Shown here: in pieces, positions 1 through 10,200 of the stretch
How the letters are laid out: the number at the start of each line of letters is the position of its first letter
Numbering within the stretch: position 1 is the first letter of the stretch
DNA from: Bacteroidota bacterium
GTDB lineage: Bacteria > Bacteroidota > Bacteroidia > 2-12-FULL-35-15
DNA: 64,000 nucleotides
Assembly (NCBI GenBank): GCA_023251835.1
Contig: JAHEXZ010000020.1
Location: 3,694 to 67,693, forward strand
Direction of reading: 5' to 3'
Notes under the pieces: generated by a model
What the model saw: the letters and a program-made list of their open reading frames with translations, nothing else
What the model was told of the DNA's origin: nothing
Database searches by the model: none
Made by a program: the position numbers and the translations under genes

Positions 1-729
1 GGCCTGCTGAAGTTTTTCAGCATCTTTTTTCTTTTTTTCCAAGTCTTTTTTGAGCTTACTTTCCTGCTCCTGAAGCTGTGAAAACATCTGCACTTTCTCT
101 TTCTTTTCTGAAGTAAGGTTTTGTTTTTCTGCCTGCTCACTTCCCAGTAAAACGCGCTGATCGGCTTTCTTGGCTTCCAATTCCTGAACTTTCTTATCTA
201 AATCTTTTTTGGTAGAGGTAATCATTTCTGCCTGTTTATGCCTGTATAAACTGTATTGTTGGAGATATTTAAGCCGCATAAAAGCCTGTTCAAAATCTTT
301 AGCTGCAAAAACGAACATGAGCCGGCTATATGCATTTTGGTTTTTATAAGCATAATAAACCATTTTTGCATATTCTGATTTTAGTTTAGTCAGGTCGTTC
401 TGTAAGCCTTTGATGGATTCATTTTTTTCAGTTATCTGGCGGTTCAATACTCTAATCTCACTATTTATAGTGGCAATAAGTTCTTCCCTGGCGGATATTT
501 TTTTGTTCAGTGTTACTAATTGATTCAGGGATAGCTTTTTATTTTTCTTTGTTTCGGTGAGCAGTTGATTGGTATACTCAATCTCTTTTTGCAACTGTTT
601 CTTTTTATTTTCCAGTTCTTTTCTGCTTTGTTTTTGTGCAAAAACAAATGTGACATTCATCAGCAGAAAACATATCAAGATTATTCCCCTAAGCCTGCTA
701 TTATTGTTCTTTATAAATAACTTGCTCAT
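1..729 (-). CDS. Secreted coiled-coil protein, probably the N-terminal part of an EnvC/M23-type murein hydrolase activator (3' end outside window)
   Basis: Open minus-strand frame from ATG (complement of 727-729) to the window edge; absent from the ORF track because it has no stop in the window. My translation is MSKLFIKNNNSRLRGIILICFLLMNVTFVFAQKQSRKELENKKKQLQKEI...LMFVFAAKDFEQAFMRLKYLQQY..., i.e. a signal peptide followed by a long K/E/Q coiled coil, as in Bacteroidota EnvC-like proteins. The catalytic domain is not visible. Confidence 0.6.
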   Translation of the reverse strand, partial: MSKLFIKNNNSRLRGIILICFLLMNVTFVFAQKQSRKELENKKKQLQKEIEYTNQLLTETKKNKKLSLNQLVTLNKKISAREELIATINSEIRVLNRQITEKNESIKGLQNDLTKLKSEYAKMVYYAYKNQNAYSRLMFVFAAKDFEQAFMRLKYLQQYSLYRHKQAEMITSTKKDLDKKVQELEAKKADQRVLLGSEQAEKQNLTSEKKEKVQMFSQLQEQESKLKKDLEKKKKDAEKLQQA

Positions 730-1597
730 AATTATCCGGAATTTTAAAAGGGAAACTTTGCTCCTCGTTTAAACGGGGTTTAGCATAATTAATATCAATA
801 TTGATATTTTTCTGGGTTTTGATACTATAATTCATTTTCATAGGGAAAAGTTGCACGGAATCAATAAGTTCATAATCAGAAAAACGGGCATCAAAAACAC
901 GATCAGGATTAAACTCATAAAATAAGATACGTGAAATTTTAAAACTTTCAGGAACCATATAAATACTTTGTGCCGATTCTTTTAGCTCCTTCCCTTTTTC
1001 CATCACCTTACGCAGCTTATATTTTCTTATTGTTCCAAGAATGTACTGGCAGTTATCTATTCCGGGTTTTAATTTTTCATCTTCATTGCAAAAGGTTACA
1101 CTATTGCCCACAAGCAATGACTGTAATATTTCGTAATCTAAAGGAGTGTTCAGTAGTTTACTCATATATGAGAAATCTCCTTTAAAATAGGTATTATTAG
1201 TACGGTTAAAGAATTTAACAGAGTCTTTTGTAATAAACACCCTTGCTCCTTCTATTCCAACTTTTGAGATAGACATCCATATAATACTATCCTTTCTGAT
1301 TCTTAATGTTATTGAAAAAGAATTGAATGAACTATCAATAGTAGCATCAACATTTAGTTTTGCATTGAGTTTTTCAAAACAAAATTCATTTGCTTTTAAA
1401 CAGGAAATCAGGGTCTTTGCATTTTTATAATCTATGTTACATTTAGAAGGAGCCTGCGTTATTTTTTTTTGCTGTTTACAAGCACTAAAAACAAAAGCCA
1501 GAAAAAGGCAAAAGAGTGTATATCTTGCCTTAAATAATATAGAATGAAGAGCAGAACAATTATTCATACAGCTTCTTATCAGCAATTTTTTTATCAA
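701..1597 (-). CDS. DUF4292-like (LolB-like) outer-membrane lipoprotein
   Basis: 298-aa ORF with a lipobox-like FVFSAC. The stretch LRIRKDSIIWMSISKVGIEGARVFITKDSVKFFNR...LQSLLVGN resembles the DUF4292 family. Overlaps both neighbouring genes, so it looks like an operon. Confidence 0.55.
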   Translation of the reverse strand: MIKKLLIRSCMNNCSALHSILFKARYTLFCLFLAFVFSACKQQKKITQAPSKCNIDYKNAKTLISCLKANEFCFEKLNAKLNVDATIDSSFNSFSITLRIRKDSIIWMSISKVGIEGARVFITKDSVKFFNRTNNTYFKGDFSYMSKLLNTPLDYEILQSLLVGNSVTFCNEDEKLKPGIDNCQYILGTIRKYKLRKVMEKGKELKESAQSIYMVPESFKISRILFYEFNPDRVFDARFSDYELIDSVQLFPMKMNYSIKTQKNINIDINYAKPRLNEEQSFPFKIPDNYEQVIYKEQ

Positions 1598-3377
1598 TCA
1601 GATTGGTAGTGTTACCAGCCTTCTTTGCATCTATCCAATACTTTATTGCTTCATCCGCTTCACCTAATTTATATAATACGTCACCATAATGTTCAAGTAA
1701 TGTACCATTTCCTCTGCCACCATTATCAAGGGCTTTACCAATCCATATTTTAGCATCGTCATATTTCTTTTTCTGATAAAGTATCCATCCATAGGTATCC
1801 TGGTAAGAATTGTTATTGGGTTCCAACTCATTACTTTTTTTAGACATTGTTTCTGCCTTATCTAAATTGGTATTGCGCAACGACAAATAATAAGCGTAAT
1901 TGTTTAAAACATAGGTATTATCCTGATCAATCTCCAATGACTTGTTGTATGCAGAATCAGAAGCGTTATAATTTTTAAGCTGATTTTGTGCATCTCCGAT
2001 ATTGGCATAAAACTGGGATAGCACAGGTTCATTATCATAAACAAATTCCAAACCCTCAGTAAGAGTTGTAACAGCCAGTTTATAATTTTTTAACTGGATA
2101 TTTGAAACACCATTAAAAAAGTAGGGTAACGCCTGGTTAGGAAATAATTCCAGGGCTTCTTTACTTTCTTTTTCCATAGCAGTAAAATCATTTAATTCAG
2201 ATTCTATCATTAACAATTGATTCCACAGCGCATATTTTTCTTTACCAAGTGCAATAGCTTTTCTATACTGTGTTCTGGCCTCATCCAATTTCCTGTCGCG
2301 ATACAAAAAATCTCCATACATTGAAAATGCTTTTGCTTCATCGGGATGTACTGCAACCAGTATTTTACACAATGTATCAGCATCCGCTCTTAATTCAGTA
2401 AAAGATTCAGAAATAGAGTAATAAGACAATAATATTTTCACTTTGGTATCTATATCCAAATCCTTACTCCGGAATGCTATTTTTATTTCATCAAATGCTT
2501 TTTCATTCTGTTTTTGTTTCCGGTAATAATCAGCCATAGACAAATGAACATAAGCATTCTGGGGGTCTATCTTCAACAAATCATTATAAGCTGCAAGTGC
2601 TTTTTCATTTTCTCCTCTATCAAGATATAATTCGCCAAGTATGCCATAATATTTTGCTTCTTTGGGAAATACCCTGATAAGTTTTTGTATTTCTATAAGC
2701 GCTTTCTCATAATTATTAAGTGCTTTGTATATTTTAAATTTTTGTAATGATGCATCTTCAGTGACCCCAACAAGATGCTCCACCTTGTCATATGTTTTTA
2801 TTGCTTCGGTGGTTTTACCTTTATATATATACAGGTTGGCAAGCTCATAATAAAAATCAACACGCTCAGGATACGTTTTTAACAGCTTTTGATAAGCGGA
2901 TATTGCCTCATCAGTTAACTTGTTTTCTTTCAGGCAATCAATATACAGCAGTTGATACCAAACATTTTTTGGATCCATCTGAGCTGCTTTTTTGCTGTAT
3001 ACCAAGGCTTGTTTTCTGTTATTTCTATATGCATAAATGGTGGCTAATTCATATGTAGCCGCTGCATTATTAGGATCAATGTGTAATGCCTGTATTAACA
3101 AGGCTTCAGCCTGACTGTAATTTCCTAAAATTTTTTCGCGGTTCGCATCAAAAAAAAGTCGTTCAAACTCTATACGTTGTTTTTCGGTTAATTTATCTGA
3201 AGAAGCTGCCGACTTAGTGTTTTCGTTTTGCCTGGAAGAATTTGCTGTTTTTGAAGTTTTACAGGAAATAAGAATAATAAACAAAAACGGCAACAGGTAT
3301 ACTATTCCAATGTTTCCATGGGAGTTAAAAAATAAAGAAAGCCTAAATGACCCGGTTTTATTTTTTGTTTTTTTCAT
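1560..3377 (-). CDS. Tetratricopeptide (TPR) repeat lipoprotein
   Basis: 605-aa ORF with signal/lipobox ILISC and many 34-aa A/Y/L-patterned repeats (AEALLIQALHIDPNNAAATYELATIY etc.). Confidence 0.8.
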   Translation of the reverse strand: MKKTKNKTGSFRLSLFFNSHGNIGIVYLLPFLFIILISCKTSKTANSSRQNENTKSAASSDKLTEKQRIEFERLFFDANREKILGNYSQAEALLIQALHIDPNNAAATYELATIYAYRNNRKQALVYSKKAAQMDPKNVWYQLLYIDCLKENKLTDEAISAYQKLLKTYPERVDFYYELANLYIYKGKTTEAIKTYDKVEHLVGVTEDASLQKFKIYKALNNYEKALIEIQKLIRVFPKEAKYYGILGELYLDRGENEKALAAYNDLLKIDPQNAYVHLSMADYYRKQKQNEKAFDEIKIAFRSKDLDIDTKVKILLSYYSISESFTELRADADTLCKILVAVHPDEAKAFSMYGDFLYRDRKLDEARTQYRKAIALGKEKYALWNQLLMIESELNDFTAMEKESKEALELFPNQALPYFFNGVSNIQLKNYKLAVTTLTEGLEFVYDNEPVLSQFYANIGDAQNQLKNYNASDSAYNKSLEIDQDNTYVLNNYAYYLSLRNTNLDKAETMSKKSNELEPNNNSYQDTYGWILYQKKKYDDAKIWIGKALDNGGRGNGTLLEHYGDVLYKLGEADEAIKYWIDAKKAGNTTNLIDKKIADKKLYE

Positions 3378-3426
3378 TTATTTTTCCACTTCTATTCCTA
3401 TCAGCGATTAAATAAGCTGGCCTGAT

Positions 3427-4425
3427 TTATCTTACAGTGCTATAATCGCTAATGCTTGCGTCATTTGATTTACCGGTAAATTCAGAAAAATTACCAATCA
3501 TAGAATTACTTAATTCAGCATTTATTATTTTACTATTTGTTTGAATGATGCTGTTTTTAACGATAGAATTTTCTATTACACAATTATCGCCAATAGAAGC
3601 ATAAGGGCCAATAGCAGAGCTAATCAGTCTTACATTTTTTCCAATAAAACAAGGCTCTATAACAGAAGAGTTCTGACTGATAAAGTTTGTATTACGTATC
3701 TTATTTTTATTAAACTCCAGAATGCGTTGGTTTGTGTATACAGTAGCATCTTTATTTCCACAGTCGAGCCATTCGGTAACTTTACCTGGTGTAAATTTTA
3801 TTCCTTTGGCTTTCATGTTTTCTAATGCATTGGTAAGCTGGTATTCGCCTTTTTCTCTGATATCATTATCCAGCAGGTATTGTAATTCATTTCTTAAATA
3901 GCCACCATCTTTAAAATAATATATTCCAATGATAGCCAAATCAGAAATAAACTCCTGTGGTTTTTCCACAAAATCTGTTATTATATTGTTATCATCTAAT
4001 TTTACTACACCAAAAGGTTTCGGGTCTTCAACTTTTTGTACCCAGATGATTCCTTCCTGGGAAGAATCCATTTTAAAGTCGGCTTTAAAAAGTGTATCTG
4101 CAAAGGCAACCAACACTTTGCCTGTTAAACACTCTTTGGCACACATAATAGCATGAGCAGTTCCAAGAGGCTCATCCTGGTAACAAATACATCCTTTAGC
4201 TCCCAGGCTTTCTGCTATTGCCAGCAGATTATTTTCGGCTTCTTTTCCAAAACGTCCGATAACAAAAGCAATTTCATCCACCTTTTCATCACAAACCTTA
4301 ATGATATCTTCTACAATACGCTGAACCATAGGTTTTCCGGCAATAGGAATCAATGGTTTTGGTGTTGTGAGTGTGTGAGGGCGCATACGTTTGCCCATCC
4401 CTGCCATTGGAATAATTATTTTCAT
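3427..4425 (-). CDS. Sugar-phosphate nucleotidyltransferase with C-terminal left-handed beta-helix
   Basis: N-terminus MKIIIPMAGMGKRMRPHTLTTPKPLIPIAGKPM is the NTP-transferase G-x-G-x-R motif. The C-terminus has hexapeptide-like I/V-G repeats. Confidence 0.8.
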   Translation of the reverse strand: MKIIIPMAGMGKRMRPHTLTTPKPLIPIAGKPMVQRIVEDIIKVCDEKVDEIAFVIGRFGKEAENNLLAIAESLGAKGCICYQDEPLGTAHAIMCAKECLTGKVLVAFADTLFKADFKMDSSQEGIIWVQKVEDPKPFGVVKLDDNNIITDFVEKPQEFISDLAIIGIYYFKDGGYLRNELQYLLDNDIREKGEYQLTNALENMKAKGIKFTPGKVTEWLDCGNKDATVYTNQRILEFNKNKIRNTNFISQNSSVIEPCFIGKNVRLISSAIGPYASIGDNCVIENSIVKNSIIQTNSKIINAELSNSMIGNFSEFTGKSNDASISDYSTVR

Positions 4426-4431
4426 AGGTAT

Positions 4432-4863
4432 TTATTTTCCTGTACTTCCAAAACCTCCGGTTCCACGGCTGGTTTCGATTAACTGTTCTACTTCAATCCA
4501 TTCGGCTTGTTCATGTTTGGCAATCACCATTTGTGCTATACGTTCCCCATCGTTTATAACAAAATCTTCTTTTGAAAGATTCACCAGAATTATTTTAATT
4601 TCTCCTCTATAATCAGCATCAATAGTTCCCGGAGAGTTGAGTACAGTAAGCCCATTTTTAAAGGCCAACCCGCTTCTTGGTCGTATTTGAGCTTCATAAC
4701 CAACAGGCAATTCAATAAACAGGTCAGTTGGTAGCAATGCTCTTTCAAGCGATTTTAAAACAACAGGTTCACTCAGATTTGCACGCAGATCCACACCAGC
4801 AGAAGCGTTTGTAGCATATTCCGGTAATGCGTGCTTTGATTTGTTGATTATTTTAATTTTCAT
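4432..4863 (-). CDS. dut: dUTP diphosphatase
   Basis: 143 aa with dUTPase motifs [25 protein letters not shown] and [10 protein letters not shown]. Confidence 0.95.
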   Translation of the reverse strand: MKIKIINKSKHALPEYATNASAGVDLRANLSEPVVLKSLERALLPTDLFIELPVGYEAQIRPRSGLAFKNGLTVLNSPGTIDADYRGEIKIILVNLSKEDFVINDGERIAQMVIAKHEQAEWIEVEQLIETSRGTGGFGSTGK

Positions 4864-4882
4864 TTTTTCTTATAAAAAATCT

Positions 4883-6367
4883 TTATTGGTTTGTTTTAAC
4901 TAATTGTTTTAGATTATTTTTCTCCGCTTTCCATAAAAAAGCAAAATATCCCAAAACAATCAGATTATTTACCAGTATGTTTAGAATTACAGATTCTGTT
5001 TTAATAAAAACACTGACAAAATACAAAGTTACGGATAAACCAAGGTAACCCCAAATACGTTTTAGGTCATAATTAACAGGGTAATGTTTATTACCCAGAA
5101 AGTAAGAAAACACCATCATAGAAGCATAACAAATAAAAGTTGCCCATGCAGCACCCATATAACCTATTTTAGGTATCCATAATACATTAAAGAGGATGGT
5201 GATAGTTGCCCCAAAAATAGTAAGAATTGCGCCATAGCCGGTTTGCCCGGTAAGCTTATACCATATTGACTGATTGATAAAAATGCCAAGAAACAAGTTT
5301 GCAAGTAGTAAGATGGGGACAACATCCATACCTATCCTGTATTTTTCTCCTACGAAATATTGTATCCACTGTATATTCATCATAGTTCCCAAAAAAAGAA
5401 CAGAACATATAATTACAAAGTATTTCATAATATCTGCATACATTTTTTTTGCATCTTTTTCTTTAGAATATTTGAAAAAGAATGGCTCAGCAGCAAAGCG
5501 GAATGCCTGTATAAAAATGGTCATCAATATAGCTATTTTGTAACAGGCACCATAAATACCATTCTGGCTTTTAGCAATTTCTTCCGGCAAAAGATAAGGA
5601 ATTAATATCCTGTCAAGTGTTTCATTAGTCATACCAGCCAATCCAGCCAGCAGCAGCGGCAATGCATATTTCATCATGCGTTTCCATAGTTCCTGTTCTA
5701 TCTTCCACCTAACCGAAATAATTTCAGGGTACAATAAAAACAATGTAATTATACTTGCAAAAAGGTTGGAAATAAAGATATAACCAATACCAATTGAAGG
5801 GTTATATATCATTTCTACAAAGGGTTTAAATACAGACTCTGAAGCATCGTACACATTTTTACAAAATGCCAGAAAAAACAGGTTTAAACCTATATTGATG
5901 CCTATGTTAAGAGATTTAACAAGAGCGAAGCGCTTAGCCTTTCCAAGTTCACGTAGTTTTGCAAATGGAATAGCAGCAAATGCATCACAGCCCAGAATAA
6001 ATGCAAACCAAATAATATATTCCGAATGTCCTGAAAATTTGAGTGTTTCGGCAATAGAATCAGCAAAAATAAATGTTATTAAAATAAAAACAGAGGAGGA
6101 AATAAAAAGTGAAGTAAGCGCAGTTGAATATACTTTTTCTTTGTCATGTTCACTTTGTGAGAACCTGAACAGTGTGGTTTCCATACCATAAGTCAAAAAC
6201 ACCAATAAAAATGAGACATAGGCATAGGCAGAAGTAACATCACCAAATTCAGCGGGTGAGAATAAATAGGTGTAAAGCGGAGTAAGGAAATAATTTAACA
6301 AACGACCAACAATAGTGGGCAGGCCATATATAGCTGTTTGTGAAATAAGTTTTTTAAGTGGGTTCAA
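4883..6367 (-). CDS. Polysaccharide biosynthesis protein / oligosaccharide flippase (MOP superfamily)
   Basis: 494-aa polytopic membrane protein. N-terminus KLISQTAIYGLPTIVGRLLNYFLTPLYT is typical of Wzx-like flippases. Confidence 0.75.
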   Translation of the reverse strand: MNPLKKLISQTAIYGLPTIVGRLLNYFLTPLYTYLFSPAEFGDVTSAYAYVSFLLVFLTYGMETTLFRFSQSEHDKEKVYSTALTSLFISSSVFILITFIFADSIAETLKFSGHSEYIIWFAFILGCDAFAAIPFAKLRELGKAKRFALVKSLNIGINIGLNLFFLAFCKNVYDASESVFKPFVEMIYNPSIGIGYIFISNLFASIITLFLLYPEIISVRWKIEQELWKRMMKYALPLLLAGLAGMTNETLDRILIPYLLPEEIAKSQNGIYGACYKIAILMTIFIQAFRFAAEPFFFKYSKEKDAKKMYADIMKYFVIICSVLFLGTMMNIQWIQYFVGEKYRIGMDVVPILLLANLFLGIFINQSIWYKLTGQTGYGAILTIFGATITILFNVLWIPKIGYMGAAWATFICYASMMVFSYFLGNKHYPVNYDLKRIWGYLGLSVTLYFVSVFIKTESVILNILVNNLIVLGYFAFLWKAEKNNLKQLVKTNQ

Positions 6368-6387
6368 TTTGATTCAATTTCAGTTAC

Positions 6388-7161
6388 TTACCTTCCGACA
6401 AAATCGGCTTTCCTTTTTTCGATAAATGCATTTACACCTTCATTAAAATCTTCAGTAGCAAAGCACTTTCCAAATTCTTCTACTTCAGTGGCAAAACCAT
6501 CGGTCTTAAAATAGGCATTTATACTGTTAATAACTCCAGCGATGGCTTTAGGTGCTTTAGTTTTTATTTTTCCCAACAGTTCTTCGCATTTTGCCAGCAA
6601 TTGGTCCTGCGGAACCACATAATTGACTAACCCAAGATGAAGTGCCTGCTCTGCACTAATCATTTCTCCTGTCATGTGTAGTTCTGTTGCTTTGGTTTTA
6701 CCGATGTATTGAATCAAACGCTGTGTGCCACCATAGCCGGCAATCAAACCCAGATTAACTTCTGGCTGCCCGAATTTTGCATTTTCGCTGGCAATACGTA
6801 AATGACAGGCCATTGAAAGCTCGCACCCTCCGCCAAGCGCAAAACCATTAACAGCCGCAATTATAGGTTTGGAAGATGTTTCAATGGAACGAAAAACGTT
6901 TTGTCCGGCTTGTGCCAGTTGCTTGCCCTGCTCTACTGTCAGACCTATAAATTCAGTAATATCAGCACCGGCAACAAATGATTTTTGTCCGGCACCGGTA
7001 ATAATCATCGCTCTTATACTACTGTCCGATTCTCCTTTTTTAACAGCGATGCCAATTTCTTCTACCGTTTTTTTTGTGAGTGCATTTAACTTGTCGGGGC
7101 GGTTAATTGTTATTGTAAGGATATTATTTTCTATTGTGGTTACTAAATTTTCAAAGGTCAT
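6388..7161 (-). CDS. Enoyl-CoA hydratase/isomerase family protein
   Basis: 257 aa; crotonase motifs ITINRPDKLNAL, ITGAGQKSFVAGADI and AAVNGFALGGGCELSMACH. Confidence 0.9.
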   Translation of the reverse strand: MTFENLVTTIENNILTITINRPDKLNALTKKTVEEIGIAVKKGESDSSIRAMIITGAGQKSFVAGADITEFIGLTVEQGKQLAQAGQNVFRSIETSSKPIIAAVNGFALGGGCELSMACHLRIASENAKFGQPEVNLGLIAGYGGTQRLIQYIGKTKATELHMTGEMISAEQALHLGLVNYVVPQDQLLAKCEELLGKIKTKAPKAIAGVINSINAYFKTDGFATEVEEFGKCFATEDFNEGVNAFIEKRKADFVGR

Positions 7162-7203
7162 AAAAGCGTTTTTCTAAAAGTTTTTAAATGAATAAAAAAG
7201 GAG

Positions 7204-7211
7204 CGAATTTA
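7204..7211 (-). promoter_or_regulatory. Candidate Bacteroidota -7 promoter box (TAAATTCG on coding strand) upstream of the enoyl-CoA hydratase gene
   Basis: Coding-strand sequence AATTCGTAAATTCGC lies 43-50 nt upstream of the ATG and resembles the TAnnTTTG consensus with C at position 7. No transcript data. Confidence 0.3.
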
Positions 7212-7275
7212 CGAATTATTGAGTTCCAATTTATCTATGTATCTAGAAACTATTTTCACAGAGTAGCGTGTATAT

Positions 7276-10200
7276 TTATATCGTTATACCAATAATTAAA
7301 ACATCATCTACCTGCTCTACGTTTCCTTTCCACTTTTCAAGTGTGGTTTTTAGCAGGTTTTCTTGTTCATCCATTGGTTTTTGATGAATCGCAAGCAGCA
7401 ATTCATTTAATTGTTTGTACTTAAATTTTTTTCCTTTAGGGCCACCAAACTGATCGGCATAGCCATCAGTATAGAAGTAGATAACATCACCTTTTTGACA
7501 ATCTATAGTATGGAATGTAAAAGGCATACCTCTCTCTCCTTTACCTACAGGCATTTTATCAGTCGGCAATTCAATTATTGAACCATTTCTTATAAGTAAT
7601 GGAGCATTGTTTGCTGCTGCGTATGTGCACTTTGTTTTCTCACTCGGGAAACATTCCAAACAAAGTAAAATACCATCCATCCCATCTTGTGCTCCTTCTT
7701 GGGAAATACTTTCTATCAGGCGTTGTCGAACATGATTAAATATTTCATTTGGCTCCTTTATATTCTTTTCATTAATCGCTTCATTTAAAAAAGAAATGTT
7801 TAATAAGCTCATGAACGCGCCCGGTACACCATGACCGGTAGAATCACAAATAGCAAGGTAAAATGCATCTTCTTTTTCCGTTGCCCAGTAAAAATCACCA
7901 CTTACAATATCTTTAGGTTGAAATAAAACAAAATATTCTTTCAGATTTTTCTGAAGCAATTTATCATGGGCAAGCAGCGTGTACTGTATACGTTTTGCAT
8001 AATTAATGGAATCAACTATTTCCTTTTGTTTCTCTTCTATCAATTCTTTTTGTTCCACCACCTCTTTTGTTCTTTCTGTTACAGTTCTTTCCAATATTTC
8101 TTTTTCTTTTCTTAACGCTGCGGTACGCCATCTGAAAAACAAGGCACCAGCAATTGATACAACAAATACATAACTGCAATACATCCACCAGGTACGGTAC
8201 CAGGGAGGTAATACCCTGAATGTATATAATATCGGCTCACTCCAAATACCATCAGGACTTTGCGCTTTTAACTTAAACGTATATGTGCCTTCATATATAT
8301 TGCCAAACGTAGCAGTAGACTTATCCGTTACAGGCCCCCATCTGTTGTCATAGCCTGCGAGAAAATACTGATAACGCACAAGCTGTGGTTTCCCTGTTTC
8401 AATAGCGCCATAATCGAATGTAATATTATTATGTGTATAAGGAAGTACAAGATTCTCAGGAACGGGATAAAAATTTCTAATGCTATCGAATTTAATGTCT
8501 GCAAATTTTTCATGCATTTCATTCCGTTGAGCATCTGTTAAAACATGGTTAAAAATAGTTGCTTCTTCATTGATTGTCGCGAGCGAATCCTCTCTGTTAT
8601 TCTGTTTCCCGAACAAAGCAGATTTTAAAGTATTCCAACAGATTTTTTCTTCTTGTATTTTTAAACTTTGTATAAATGCTACAGGTGGTTCTGTGCTTTT
8701 ATTTACTTCTTTATAATCAAACCGTACAAGTTTATCTCCTGTACCTGCCCATAGAATTCCTTTGCTATCCATATACATACTACCTGTATTTATATCTTTT
8801 ATAGGGTAGCCTGTATGGTTATTAAAATTTTCAAATTTAATATTTCCTTCTCCCAAAGAGAGTGTGTTCAGGTGTAAGCCCGAAATGCCCAAATTAGTTC
8901 CAAACCACAAAATATTGTTTAGCGAATCTTCTACAATAGCATATACTACATCACTTGCCAACCCCTGTATAGTGGTATAATTAATAAATATTTTTTTCGA
9001 CAGGTTTCTGCCAGTATCACTTTTAACAAGTTTACTAATCCCTCCACCAGCTGTTGCAAACCAAAGATTTCCCATCCTGTCCTCTTTAATAGCATAAATG
9101 GTATTGTTTGCCAACCCTTGGGCAGTAGTATAATTAACAAATGATGTTCCATCATACCTGCTAACTCCGCTCCCTTTGGTACCAAACCATATATTCCCTT
9201 TTTTATCTTCCGCTATACATTTAACGCTGTTATTCACCAAGCCATGAGCGGTAGTATAATTTGTAAAGGACTTAGCCAATTTTCCATTTAATTTTTTGAG
9301 TTCATCCTGTGGTATGTTTTCCCCTCTTTCGATGGCTTCTACCCGATTTCCATCATATTTTACTATCCCACCGCCATTGGTTCCAAACCAAATATTCCCC
9401 TTTTTATCTTCAATAATGCTATAAACGCCATTATTTATCATTCCTTGTGCAGTTGAATAATATGTAAACGATTTACCATCGTATTTACTTGCACCGCTGG
9501 AAATACCAAACCAAAGATTTCCCATCTTATCTTCAATGCCACCTCTAACATTGGCCGTTAAAATATCACTGCTATAGTTGGTAAAAGAAGGACTACCAGT
9601 ACCCGTATTGTTGGGTATATACTCACTTATTCCACTGCTGGTAGCGAACCAAAGGTTTCCTTTCCTATCTTCGGTGATACTCCAAACCTTATCAGATACC
9701 AGTCCTTGGGCCGGGCTGAAACTGGTAACTGATTTTCCGTCATATTTACTCAATCCTCCGCCATAAGTTCCAAACCAAATATCACCCATTTTATCATTGG
9801 TGATACTAAATACAGTATTATTTGCTAAACCTTCAGCCGTTGTAAAATTGGTAAACGATTTGCCGTCATATCTGCTCACACCACCGCCATAAGTACCAAA
9901 CCACAGATTGCCTTCACCATCTTCCATAATGCTGTTAACTGACGGGGATAGTAATCCCTGCGCTATGGAAAAATTTGTAAAAAGTTTCCCGTCATATTTA
10001 CACAAACCGCTACCATAAGTACCAAACCAAATATTTCCCATTTTGTCTTCGATGATGCAGCTAACGTTAGGATGTATAGTTCCTGCACTGGTAAAATTTG
10101 TAAATAATTTTGTTCCGGAATTATATTTACTGATTCCATTGCTGGTACCAAACCAAATATTACCCTTTTTATCCTCAATAATACTCGAAACATCATTACA

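Noticed and set aside
569-772. 67-aa plus-strand ORF
   Set aside because: It is antisense to the coiled-coil M23/EnvC-like gene (1-729), which has a coherent signal peptide and family-like sequence.
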